A DNA stretch of 20,000 nucleotides from Pseudomonadota bacterium (GTDB taxonomy: Bacteria; Desulfobacterota; Desulfobacteria; Desulfobacterales; JBDRRP01). Position 1 is the stretch's first letter. Each line of letters opens with the position of its first letter. Location of the stretch: contig JBDRRP010000069.1 in assembly GCA_043825735.1 (NCBI GenBank), positions 45,616-65,615 on the forward strand. Direction: 5' to 3'. Under the pieces are notes generated by a model, which worked only from the letters and a program-made list of their open reading frames with translations, was not told the origin of the DNA and ran no database searches. The position numbers and the translations under genes were made by a program. Positions 1 through 8,199 of this stretch are shown here, one piece after another.

Positions 1-855
1 CTTGTAAGCCGTTTGGTTTGTCACTTCTAGGCAGCGGACAACCCACCGGACGGTTGGGTGTGTGCCGTTGTCATTGGCCTTCACGCTGCGGACGATGCCG
101 ATCGTCTCACCGGAATGGGAAAGGCCGGGGAGAACGCCAAATGCAGTTCTGGAGTTGCGCCTTTCCTTGCTCAGCCTTAACCCTCCGTCTGTTTGCACCA
201 ACCTGATGAGTCCGTAGTTCAAGTTTGCAGCGGCGACCCGTACAACTCCGTCTGAGCCCGCTTCGTCGGTATATGTATTGAGGTGGTCATACAATGAACG
301 GTCAATCTTCTGCCCTGTGAGCACGAATGGATAGAGACCTGAAACCAGACAATCATAGCCAAGCCACTCGTGATTGAGTTCCCAATTCTGCACACTACCG
401 AGTTCCAGCCAGTCGAGCACGCCCACTCCTGGCTCGAGGCCATCTTTGATGAACTTCATTCGGGCAATTCGCCCCTTTCCGAGCTGTGCCAACGCCGAGC
501 CATGGTTTGCTGGCGCCAGCATGATGAGATGTCCAAGGGGGCACTTGGTGAGGTTATCTCGGTAGTACAGGTCAATCCATTTGCGCACCACTGGTGCACC
601 GGTCGAATGAGTTATACAGGCAAAACGTTCGCCTCTATCCAGTTTCGGTAGCACCTCCGCCGCGATTGCGTGCTGCATTGCGCGAGCGATATCATCTATC
701 ATCACTTCGTCCGCGAAACTAACGTACTTCGCTAGATAGATGTGTCCGACCTGGAGTCCCATCTTGGGAGATGCATTTCGGATCAACGCTTCGGGTAGCC
801 CACCATACGTAACGGTATCGGTAACACTCCATCCGTGCACAAACACTGTCAACAT
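1..855 (-). CDS. plaB: PlaB-type phospholipase A (alpha/beta hydrolase, THSTG motif); 3' end beyond window
   Basis: Hand translation from ATG at 855 (SD AGGGGG upstream) is open to base 1 (285 codons): MLTVFVHGWSVTDTVTYGGLP...RFACITHSTGAPVVRKW...HLIMLAPANHGSALAQLGKGR...GSDGVVRVAAAN...GVLPGLSHSG. THSTG, SDGVV and SHS match the catalytic Ser/Asp/His motifs of Legionella PlaB as I recall them. Confidence 0.9.
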   Translation of the reverse strand, partial: MLTVFVHGWSVTDTVTYGGLPEALIRNASPKMGLQVGHIYLAKYVSFADEVMIDDIARAMQHAIAAEVLPKLDRGERFACITHSTGAPVVRKWIDLYYRDNLTKCPLGHLIMLAPANHGSALAQLGKGRIARMKFIKDGLEPGVGVLDWLELGSVQNWELNHEWLGYDCLVSGLYPFVLTGQKIDRSLYDHLNTYTDEAGSDGVVRVAAANLNYGLIRLVQTDGGLRLSKERRNSRTAFGVLPGLSHSGETIGIVRSVKANDNGTHPTVRWVVRCLEVTNQTAYK

Positions 856-1057
856 ACACAGCCCCCTATTATTCTCTAAACCCCGTTACGGGGCTTCTCA
901 CCCATTGCCATAGATACCGTCTTAGAGCCGCATGTCTTGAAATAATCCAGGAAAGGAATGTCGCCTCCTGCTCTCGGCCCAGATGGCTAAACAGCGAAAA
1001 AGAGAGATATTTGTCAATAGTTGTAATATTCCTATATCATCCAGATTGTGAGGTTTA

Positions 1058-1088
1058 GGAATGGCATTCCTCGCTGGAACACCATTCC
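1058..1088 (-). terminator. Stem-loop downstream of the acidic-protein gene
   Basis: Minus strand GGAATGGTGTTCC-AGCGA-GGAATGCCATTCC, a 13-bp stem with two G-U pairs, about 35 nt past the stop at 1124. No strong U tail. Confidence 0.5.
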
Positions 1089-1123
1089 CATCAGCTCATT
1101 TTTTCATTCAGGATTGATGCAGA

Positions 1124-1429
1124 TTAACCTTTTTTCCTGCCCTCCCGCCACCCCTTTTTGAGTAGCCTCCGGCGTTCAGCCTCCTCCCGGCCCTCCTCGT
1201 AGGCCCAGCCCATAGCACTTCCCAGGTAAAAGACCTCTCGTCCTGTTAATCCATCTGCATCAGCCTCTTCACCAGCGGGCATCTCATCGTCCGGACCCTC
1301 CGGTTCGTCCATGTCATCGCCGGGCAAAGCCTCATCGAACTGATCCTCCATGGAATCATCATCCATGCCGCCGTCATCGCCGAATCCGCCGTCGTCGTAA
1401 TCACCGAAATCATCATCAAAGTCACTCAT
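1124..1429 (-). CDS. Small, extremely acidic hypothetical protein (101 aa)
   Basis: ATG at 1429 follows GGAGG and is preferred over the track start at 1579. MSDFDDDFGDYDDGG...; 28 of the first 59 residues are D/E with no K/R, followed by a basic C-terminus. Confidence 0.75.
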   Translation of the reverse strand: MSDFDDDFGDYDDGGFGDDGGMDDDSMEDQFDEALPGDDMDEPEGPDDEMPAGEEADADGLTGREVFYLGSAMGWAYEEGREEAERRRLLKKGWREGRKKG

Positions 1430-1478
1430 GGTTCTGCCTCCGTTTCTGATTGTAAGTGAGTGCCTGCAAAAACCGCAA

Positions 1479-1649
1479 CTAATTTTTGCGCCGGCCGCTG
1501 CGCTCAAAGTCCTCATCCTTGCCAAAGCCCTCACCGAAGTTTTCATACCGACCAGTATCGAACAGAAACCAACGGCCACCGAGCACCCTCAGCAGTATGT
1601 CCCAAAGCCGCTCAGGCCGCTGTAACCGCTTCTTTTCCTCTTTGGTCAT
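1479..1649 (-). CDS. Small hypothetical protein (56 aa)
   Basis: ATG at 1649 follows GAAGGAGGAG and an upstream hairpin like other backbone genes; MTKEEKKRLQRPERLWDILL... Confidence 0.5.
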   Translation of the reverse strand: MTKEEKKRLQRPERLWDILLRVLGGRWFLFDTGRYENFGEGFGKDEDFERSGRRKN

Positions 1650-1726
1650 GATGTCTCCTCCTTCAAAACTGAGAGCCCCGCCGGCCTCGACACCGACAGG
1701 GCGCCCGTTATTGTTTGTGGATGTAT

Positions 1727-1936
1727 TCACCGCGCAATCAGGTCAATCATCCCTTCAATCTGCCTGACCGTAATGAAGTGCTGAAAACCGTTGATGCCGG
1801 TCATCTGTCCCAGCTCCCATTTCAGGTGCCGAAGAATGTTTCGGAATACGCACTCGATTGTGACGCCGTGGGTTTCCGCCAGCGTCTTGACCTTCTGTTG
1901 ATGTTGCTCGGACAGGGCATGCCAGTAATCGTCCAT
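1727..1936 (-). CDS. Small hypothetical protein (69 aa)
   Basis: ATG at 1936 follows AAAGGAG and the hairpin at 1965-1995; MDDYWHALSEQHQQKVKTLAETHG... Confidence 0.7.
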   Translation of the reverse strand: MDDYWHALSEQHQQKVKTLAETHGVTIECVFRNILRHLKWELGQMTGINGFQHFITVRQIEGMIDLIAR

Positions 1937-1964
1937 GCTCGATGCTCCTTTCTCAAAATGAAAA

Positions 1965-1995
1965 AGCCCCCACGATCCGATAAGCCATGGGGGCT
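1965..1995 (-). terminator. Intrinsic-terminator-like hairpin between the SLOG gene and the next ORF
   Basis: Minus strand AGCCCCCATGG-loop-TCGTGGGGGCT followed by TTTTCATTTT. Confidence 0.7.
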
Positions 1996-2014
1996 GTTGC
2001 AAGATAGGCTGGGT

Positions 2015-2482
2015 CTATCCCAGCGCTTCGGTGAAAAACTTCATCCAACCGGCCGAAAAATCCGCTTCCGGGGCGCCGAACAGGGATGCTTGTCTCTGGA
2101 TACGCTCGACCTTACCACCCTCCCAGTGCAGGACGATTTCCTTGCCCAAGCGCTTGGCGTAATGAACCTCGTATCTCGTGCCTCCGGTGAGGCCATCCTC
2201 CTTGCTGATGAAGGCGTGTACGATATGGCAGGCCGCGATTAGCTGACGGTTCCGGCGGTAGTAACGCTCCACCATGTCCGCGTGGGACTGAATGCCGGTG
2301 AGATCCGGAGAATAGAGACGGACCTCGAAGCCCGTCGCTTTGGCTGCTTCTCCTGCCCAGGTGCATACACCGCGACAGGAACTGGTGATGATGACGGCGC
2401 CCCGGGGAAGGGTATTGATCAAATCGATGACAGACTGCCGGTCCTGGTATTTACGGGCACCGACGATGCCGATGTGAATCAT
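2015..2482 (-). CDS. SLOG superfamily (DprA/YspA-like Rossmann fold) protein
   Basis: IGIVGAR N-terminal strand-loop, ITSSCRGV, RRNRQLI, GGT and AKRLGK motifs typical of SLOG domains; AAAGGAG SD. Confidence 0.75.
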   Translation of the reverse strand: MIHIGIVGARKYQDRQSVIDLINTLPRGAVIITSSCRGVCTWAGEAAKATGFEVRLYSPDLTGIQSHADMVERYYRRNRQLIAACHIVHAFISKEDGLTGGTRYEVHYAKRLGKEIVLHWEGGKVERIQRQASLFGAPEADFSAGWMKFFTEALG

Positions 2483-2506
2483 GGGCTGCTCCTTTCAAAA
2501 CGAAAA

Positions 2507-2546
2507 AGCCCCCGCAGCGGCGCCGAAAGGACGCACCACGGGGGCT
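2507..2546 (-). terminator. Intrinsic-terminator-like hairpin upstream of the SLOG gene SD
   Basis: Minus strand AGCCCCCGTGGTGCGTC-loop-GGCGCCGCTGCGGGGGCT followed by TTTTCGTTTT. Confidence 0.75.
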
Positions 2547-2558
2547 CTTTCTGTTGGG

Positions 2559-2611
2559 TGTTAATTTGACTTAACGGGAATTGTGAAACGAGGTGTTAAA
2601 TCGATTTAACA
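2559..2611. promoter_or_regulatory. Two palindromic operator-like sites, TGTTAA-N6-TTAACR
   Basis: TGTTAATTTGACTTAACG (2559-2576) and the perfect palindrome TGTTAAATCGATTTAACA (2594-2611); the same motif occurs at 17693-17710. Confidence 0.6.
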
Positions 2612-2623
2612 GCGATTTGCGGA

Positions 2624-3562
2624 TTACGAGCGAACCATGCCGAGGAGGGTACCGCCGGCCCGCTCAAGGCGATAGGCTTCGGTGGCAGAGAGGCTGGATG
2701 CCTGTGCGGCCCGGGTGAAAGCCTGGATCACATGGAACATCGTGGCCCCGGACTCGTGGAAATACGCCTGCTTGATGATGGCCGTCTCCTCCTGGGTGAT
2801 CTGAAACTGCCTTGCGAAGGTCTCGATGCTCCTTTCGGGATTGGCCACCGGCGTCCGGGCGCTGATGAGAAACCTATCCTGCCCATGGCGCGACTGATCC
2901 ACCACCCCTCGCAGAACGTCGGGGAACTCATCCAGGACCCGCCGGCTGATGTGCTTGTACCGGCTATTCACTGCCGTCTTGGCGATGAGTCCATTGGTGC
3001 AAATGAGGCGAAAATAGAAGGCCTCGATGGACAGGGCCAAAATGCCCACTTCGGAGTTGGCGATGGAAATGCCGGGCACGATGCCATCCTTTTCAGACAC
3101 CTGAAACTGCCGGTCGTACTCTGGCACCTTCATCACCATGATCTGCTGATCCAGAGAGAAGTGAACCTCGCCGGCCGGGTCGAATCCGTATTCCAGCATC
3201 TTGGTCAGCACCTCCATGTGATCTATGGCTGTGTACCTTTCCGTAAAAACTGCACGCAGGGCCTGACCGTCGAAACGGCAGAACAGGGATTGACGTGTGA
3301 GGCTTTCCCGCTCCAGCCAGTAGTTGAGGTTGGCCTGCTGCAAGTCCTCCGGGCACCGGTCCAGGTAGCTGTAGGGCACCCGCAGCCGGTTGGCCAAAAG
3401 GCGCTGAGCACTGGGCTGAACCGCGAACGATTGCCCGGCGATGGTCATCTGTTCCAGGGACGAAAAGCGCATATCCCGGATGGCGACGGTGTCATCGTAG
3501 TGGTTGGCGGATGCATTGTGAACGAGGGTAATGGCCGACTCTAACGTGCGTGTGGTCTTCAT
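2624..3562 (-). CDS. DUF932 (phage/plasmid-like) family protein (312 aa)
   Basis: ATG at 3562 follows AAAGGA. Motifs RAVFTERY, PGISIANSEVG and FRLICTNGLI...KH are typical of DUF932. Confidence 0.85.
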   Translation of the reverse strand: MKTTRTLESAITLVHNASANHYDDTVAIRDMRFSSLEQMTIAGQSFAVQPSAQRLLANRLRVPYSYLDRCPEDLQQANLNYWLERESLTRQSLFCRFDGQALRAVFTERYTAIDHMEVLTKMLEYGFDPAGEVHFSLDQQIMVMKVPEYDRQFQVSEKDGIVPGISIANSEVGILALSIEAFYFRLICTNGLIAKTAVNSRYKHISRRVLDEFPDVLRGVVDQSRHGQDRFLISARTPVANPERSIETFARQFQITQEETAIIKQAYFHESGATMFHVIQAFTRAAQASSLSATEAYRLERAGGTLLGMVRS

Positions 3563-3640
3563 GTTACGATTTCCTTTCGTGGGTAGAACGTCATGAAACA
3601 AAAAAACCTCGCCGGCACGATACCGGGAGGGCTGATGGAA

Positions 3641-3774
3641 CGAACTGCTACAGTGGTCAGATTGTCACGAGCTACTTGGTGCGAACTGCCATACGGGTCA
3701 GATTGTAATGGGGGCTATCACCTCCTTTCTTGGGTGGGTTTTGGAACGGAGTGCCATAGGGGGTAGATTGTAAT
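3641..3774. repeat. Three imperfect 25-bp direct repeats
   Basis: CGAACTGCTACAGTGGTCAGATTGT (3641-3665), CGAACTGCCATACGGGTCAGATTGT (3682-3706), CGGAGTGCCATAGGGGGTAGATTGT (3747-3771). Copies 1 and 3 match copy 2 at 21/25 and 20/25. Confidence 0.8.
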
Positions 3775-3789
3775 TGGCTGAATCAGGTC

Positions 3790-3824
3790 GTTGACAGGAA
3801 CCGTATTTGGGAGGAGACTAAAGT
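3790..3824 (+). promoter_or_regulatory. Sigma70-like promoter motif ahead of cargo 1
   Basis: TTGACA (3791-3796), 17 nt, GAGACT (3814-3819); 25/34 identical to 8050-8083. Confidence 0.6.
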
Positions 3825-3947
3825 GAGCCCTCTAGCGGCGGAGCCCTGTGGATAAACTTTTGAGGATACTTCTTGTATAGGCAAAAATGAGGAACTCCGT
3901 TTCTCATGGAAGCCAATCTAATTATGTTACCTGCTTTGTGAGGATCT

Positions 3948-4670
3948 ATGCAGACTGAAAACTACAGGAATTGGCTTTCCGCGCAGAAATACCAAAGCGG
4001 GACGATCGCCGCACAGATGCATAGGGCAAGTAGGGTCGAGGAGCACTATGGTGATCTTGATGCGTTGTATGCTGAGGATCGCCTGGAGGGATTGATCAGC
4101 GAACTTACTTACACTACCCAGGATCGGCGAAACAATCGGCCCAACGAAACGAAAATCCCTTTCGAAGGTGTTGCCTACAATAATTTGGCGTCATACCGCG
4201 ATGCCGTAAGGCGATATCGCCGTTTTCTGGGAGATGCCCCAGGGAATGTTGGCCCCATAGATCCAGACGAGGGAGAAAGCCCCGAGCCTGAGGCCCCACC
4301 ACAAACAATCGGTCTGGAAAAAGATATGCAGGCTGCGATTCGTCAGAATATAGGCCAGATAGAGCAAGGCCTTCGTATCACGGATAACGGTCGGGAACGT
4401 TCCGTTGAAACGGGCTTAATCGACATCACGGCCGAAGATACCGAATCGATCCCTGTCGTTATCGAGTTGAAGACAGGGGTCGCCGGGCAGCACGCTGTCG
4501 CCCAGATATTGAGTTACATCGGGAGCGTTATGGAAGAGGAAGGAACTGACAACGTTCGTGGTATCTTGATAGCCTCTGATTTTGACAGAAAAGCACGCGC
4601 CGCGGCAAAAGTCGTTCCCAGTTTGACTTTGATGCGCTATCAATTTTCCTTCCAGTTTTTTCCAGAATGA
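3948..4670 (+). CDS. Endonuclease NucS-like (PD-(D/E)XK) C-terminal domain protein with helical N-terminal domain
   Basis: LEKDMQ...GLIDITAED...VVIELKTG...AVAQILSY...VRGILIASDF pattern; GAGGA SD; acidic/Pro-rich linker. Confidence 0.85.
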   Translation: MQTENYRNWLSAQKYQSGTIAAQMHRASRVEEHYGDLDALYAEDRLEGLISELTYTTQDRRNNRPNETKIPFEGVAYNNLASYRDAVRRYRRFLGDAPGNVGPIDPDEGESPEPEAPPQTIGLEKDMQAAIRQNIGQIEQGLRITDNGRERSVETGLIDITAEDTESIPVVIELKTGVAGQHAVAQILSYIGSVMEEEGTDNVRGILIASDFDRKARAAAKVVPSLTLMRYQFSFQFFPE

Positions 4671-4833
4671 TGTGTGGTGCACTCGGCAGCTAACATCGCT
4701 GATGATGACGTTTGCCATATGTAATCATGTAAATAATTACGCGCTTCGAGTCGCTCAGACTTTTTCTTAACGAGAATAGTTGGGTTGCATTGGAAGAACT
4801 TAAGATCGTCCTTCAATAAAGATTGTGGATCAC

Positions 4834-6006
4834 ATGATGTCTCTATACCAAAAGCTATTCAAATACGCACTGACCGAGAACAAGAGCCCTCTGGAGAACT
4901 TTCTGACCGAGGCGCTGGCGGATCTCATCAACCGAATGTCGGTGTACGATGCAGCACGATTTACGGGGGAGTGTCTTCTATCGCATTCCAGTGATGCTGG
5001 GGCCGCTTTAAAGATTGCATCGCGCCTGGCAGCGGCTGCACAGGTGAATGCAGTTAGCCAATATTCCATTAGTTTCGACGGTACCGTAAAATACCCCGAC
5101 ATGGCTGTGTTCGGAGATCGTCTGGTCATGTTGATTGAAAACAAGGTGGGGGCCGGGTTCACCTATGACGAAGTGGAAGATACCAACGGGCAACTCGCGG
5201 ACCATGGTCAGCTGGAAGCCTACAGCTCTTGGCTTTCACGGAACCATCCGAATGCGGCACTCGTTCTGCTAACACATTCGACGCCTCCTCCGCCCAATTT
5301 CCTTACTAATCACACGACTTATGGCAAACAACTGAGGGCCGTGGTCTACTGGCCGTCGGTTTACAAATGGCTAAAACGAAACCTGGCAGGTAAGTCGGAT
5401 GAGCCGATCATAGGCCAGCTCACAGATGAGTTTCTCACATTCTTGGAGGGAAAAGGGATGAGCGACATTTCAAACATGGAATTGTCTGCCATGGATATCT
5501 TCCTATCAAACCGGATCAACCAAAAGATTGCGACAGTGATGGCCAGAGCTCGGCAAGTGGCCGCTGGCACTATCCAAAGCATCGTCTCTCAAGCCAAGTC
5601 GGCAGCAAACTATTACGACGATGCCCAGTGCGTGTGGGACTGGTGCTACTGTTTGGACAGAGAACTGAGTTGGTACATCGGGTGGGGGCTTCGGTTTCCG
5701 GACGGGGCGACAGAGTGGAGCAGTTATGATCTGCCGATATATCCACAAGCCTTTATAACCATCGGCAGTGACAACATCGCCATTCCCCTCATGGGGATAG
5801 AGGTTGATCGCAGACTGCCCGATTGGCTTTGGAAGCAAAATAAGGACTACTCAGAGTGCTTTAAGATTACCAACCTGAGCGAACTATGCGCGGATGCCTC
5901 GGGGTTTTCCCAGGCATTTCTGACCTGGCTTGAACATGGGTTGAAAGAGGCAAGTTCCATTGCTTCACTTGCTTATGAGGTTCACCAAGGGCAGGAATCG
6001 AAATAA
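4834..6006 (+). CDS. PD-(D/E)XK nuclease superfamily protein (PDDEXK_4-like); start uncertain (4825, 4834 or 4837)
   Basis: ENFLTEAL...YPDMAVF...LIENKV...QLEAY motif order; long C-terminal region not recognised. Confidence 0.8.
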   Translation: MMSLYQKLFKYALTENKSPLENFLTEALADLINRMSVYDAARFTGECLLSHSSDAGAALKIASRLAAAAQVNAVSQYSISFDGTVKYPDMAVFGDRLVMLIENKVGAGFTYDEVEDTNGQLADHGQLEAYSSWLSRNHPNAALVLLTHSTPPPPNFLTNHTTYGKQLRAVVYWPSVYKWLKRNLAGKSDEPIIGQLTDEFLTFLEGKGMSDISNMELSAMDIFLSNRINQKIATVMARARQVAAGTIQSIVSQAKSAANYYDDAQCVWDWCYCLDRELSWYIGWGLRFPDGATEWSSYDLPIYPQAFITIGSDNIAIPLMGIEVDRRLPDWLWKQNKDYSECFKITNLSELCADASGFSQAFLTWLEHGLKEASSIASLAYEVHQGQESK

Positions 6007-6053
6007 AAATCCTTTGGAACAAATGATTCAGTCCTGGGGCTAATTCACCAATG

Positions 6054-7901
6054 CTATTTGTGAAAGGTGTCGCGAGGGCCCAGTGCCTCACCAATAAACG
6101 ATGACTTCACCGCCAGCCTGCCAAGATAGGACACCGGCCACGAAAGATACAGAAGTTTCATCGCCCGGCTCATGGCGACGAAGGCGATCCGCCGCTCCTC
6201 CTCAATGTCTCCATTGACGTTGGGCATAATCCCTTCCACCATACCGATGACAAAGACCGCCGCGAACTCCAAACCCTTGGCCTTGTGAATGGTCGATAGG
6301 GTCACCCCGTCCTCGTCGGCGCCGCTGCTGGTCCGTACCGATTCGGCATACTCCAGAAATTCACCCAGCCTGTCATAACGGCCGGCTGCCATTTGCAGTT
6401 GATCCAGACTTTCCAGCGGCCCATCCACGGGCTCGGCCATCTCGTCGGCGATGCGCTTATCAAAATCCATGATGAACCGGAGACGCTCCAGAAGTCCCGC
6501 CGGCTCCAGCCAGTCTTTTTCCCGCGCCAGATCGTCTATCAGTTCTGTTAAAGCCCGAATTCCGTGCTCCAGATGCCGGGCACCAATGGGCATCATTTTC
6601 AAAGCCGGGTACAGGTGCAGGTCACGGCTTTCCGCCCACGTTTCCAGCTCCTCGATGAAAGACCGGCCGATATACCGACTGGGCACATTGATGACCGCCT
6701 TCAGGGCATCGTCCCCGTCGAAGGTGTCGGGGTCATGGATCAGTTGCAGATATTGAAGCAGAACGGCCACCTCGTAGCGGTGATAGAAACTGGCCTCGCT
6801 TTCGATGCGGTATGGAATCTTGTTTCTTGCGAAAGCCTCTTCGATGGCGCGGGACTGGCTGTTGGCGCGGTAATGGACGGCGATGTCGCGGTGGGCATAT
6901 CCCCGCCGACTCACCAGGTCCCGGATTTCGGTGACGATCTGCTCGGCTTCGTTTTCCTCGGACATCGCTTTGAGTTCGATGACGTTCTCCCCGGGCGGGT
7001 TCATCGTGTTCAGTTGTTTGTCGATTTTCCGCTCGTTATGGCTGATGAGTCTTTGGCAGGCTGTGAGGATCTGCGGCGTGGAGCGGTAGTTGGTATCCAG
7101 AATGAACCGTGTGCTTCCCGGGTGATGCTTGTCAAAGTGAAGCACGTTTCCCACATCGGCACCGGTGAAACTGAAAATGCTCTGCCAGTCGTCGCCGCAC
7201 ACCCACAGGCTGGAGTGATCGCCCCCGCCGGCCAACTGGTTTAAGATGGCCACCTGGGCAGGGTTGGTGTCCTGGTATTCATCCACAAGAATGTGAGGAT
7301 AGGCGCGCCGGCAAGTGTCTCGCCAGTCATAATGCTCGGTCAGCATCCGGTGAGCCTCCAACAAAAGGTCATGAAAATCCAGCAGCAGGCGCTTTCGCTT
7401 CTCCTCCTCGTAGGCCTCATAAATTTTCGCAGCCGGCGCCATTGAAACATCATCTTTGTGCAAGTCCCGGAACTGCTCCCAACCCACCAGCCGACTCTTG
7501 GCCAATCCGATTTCCCTCAGAGCGAATGAAGCCGTAACCGCCTCCACCCTGAGTTTCTTGATGACCTTTTTCAGGAAATAGACCTGACGTCGACCGTGCA
7601 GCAGCCCAAAGGTCCGCCCTTCCTCCTTAAGCAAACGATGACAAAACGAATGAATGGTGGACAGCGTGACCCGGGAAGCCTGATCCATCAGCACCGGCCG
7701 AAGCTTCTCCCTCATGGCCCCGGCGGCATTTCTGGTGAAGGTAAGGCCCAGTATCCGGTCAGGCGGTATGCCCTGGCTGACCAAGTTGCCGATACGGGCG
7801 GCCATGGTGAGGGTCTTTCCTGAACCGGGGATGGCGATGACAGAAGCGGTGCCGAACATGAAGGCGGCAGCGGCTTTTTGTTGGGGGTTTAGTTGGTACA
7901 T
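6054..7901 (-). CDS. UvrD/PcrA/Rep-family SF1 DNA helicase
   Basis: PGSGKT, LTFTRNAA, TIHSF, VDEYQDTN, GDDWQSIF, NYRS, YRAN, TIHKAKGLEF, EERRIAFVAMSRA; AAAGGAG SD. Confidence 0.96.
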   Translation of the reverse strand: MYQLNPQQKAAAAFMFGTASVIAIPGSGKTLTMAARIGNLVSQGIPPDRILGLTFTRNAAGAMREKLRPVLMDQASRVTLSTIHSFCHRLLKEEGRTFGLLHGRRQVYFLKKVIKKLRVEAVTASFALREIGLAKSRLVGWEQFRDLHKDDVSMAPAAKIYEAYEEEKRKRLLLDFHDLLLEAHRMLTEHYDWRDTCRRAYPHILVDEYQDTNPAQVAILNQLAGGGDHSSLWVCGDDWQSIFSFTGADVGNVLHFDKHHPGSTRFILDTNYRSTPQILTACQRLISHNERKIDKQLNTMNPPGENVIELKAMSEENEAEQIVTEIRDLVSRRGYAHRDIAVHYRANSQSRAIEEAFARNKIPYRIESEASFYHRYEVAVLLQYLQLIHDPDTFDGDDALKAVINVPSRYIGRSFIEELETWAESRDLHLYPALKMMPIGARHLEHGIRALTELIDDLAREKDWLEPAGLLERLRFIMDFDKRIADEMAEPVDGPLESLDQLQMAAGRYDRLGEFLEYAESVRTSSGADEDGVTLSTIHKAKGLEFAAVFVIGMVEGIMPNVNGDIEEERRIAFVAMSRAMKLLYLSWPVSYLGRLAVKSSFIGEALGPRDTFHK

Positions 7902-7943
7902 GTTGTGGGGGCTCCTTTCTTGGATTGAGGTGGAAACAGAAAA

Positions 7944-7970
7944 GGCGACCTGAGTGGGGGACAGATCGTC
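7944..7970 (-). terminator. Terminator-like hairpin upstream of the helicase SD
   Basis: Minus strand GACGATCTG-loop-CAGGTCGCC followed by TTTTCTGTTT; sequence-related to 15503-15531. Confidence 0.55.
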
Positions 7971-8048
7971 TGGTGGGTGTTTTGTGGATGGATATAGCTG
8001 GGAATATCGGAAGTGAGATCAGGGATGGCGTGACGGTTAAACTGGATT

Positions 8049-8083
8049 GTTGACAGAGATCGTGATTAGGTGGAAACTACAGT
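8049..8083 (+). promoter_or_regulatory. Sigma70-like promoter motif ahead of cargo 2
   Basis: TTGACA (8050-8055), 17 nt, GAAACT (8073-8078). Confidence 0.6.
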
Positions 8084-8199
8084 ATAAGGGTGAGCACTGG
8101 CATCTTCATTCTGCAGACCATTGAAATCAGGGGCATAGTTATTTGTGGCAAGCAGTCCTCGGTTTGCCTGAACGATTGCCGCTATATGGGGTTTTTGTC

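Noticed and set aside
18..651. Short ORFs listed in the track within 18-651
   Set aside because: All overlap the PlaB-like reading frame (855 to <1), which explains the region.
2594..2611. dif/Xer site (TGTTAAAT resembles part of the XerD arm)
   Set aside because: No XerC arm or 28-bp dif layout; the site is a self-palindrome.
3641..3774. Mini CRISPR array (repeats plus a Cas4-like gene in the window)
   Set aside because: The repeats are degenerate, the gaps are unequal (16 and 40 nt), and there is no cas1, cas2 or effector gene. The nuclease fits a phage-type exonuclease.
3847..3855. Perfect DnaA box TGTGGATAA
   Set aside because: I saw only one copy, which is plausible by chance in 20 kb; no cluster or unwinding element.
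4688..4785. Integron attC site between the two nuclease genes (AGCTAAC...GTTGGGT)
   Set aside because: The core sites are poorly complementary, there are no inner L boxes or extended hairpin, and no integrase is present.
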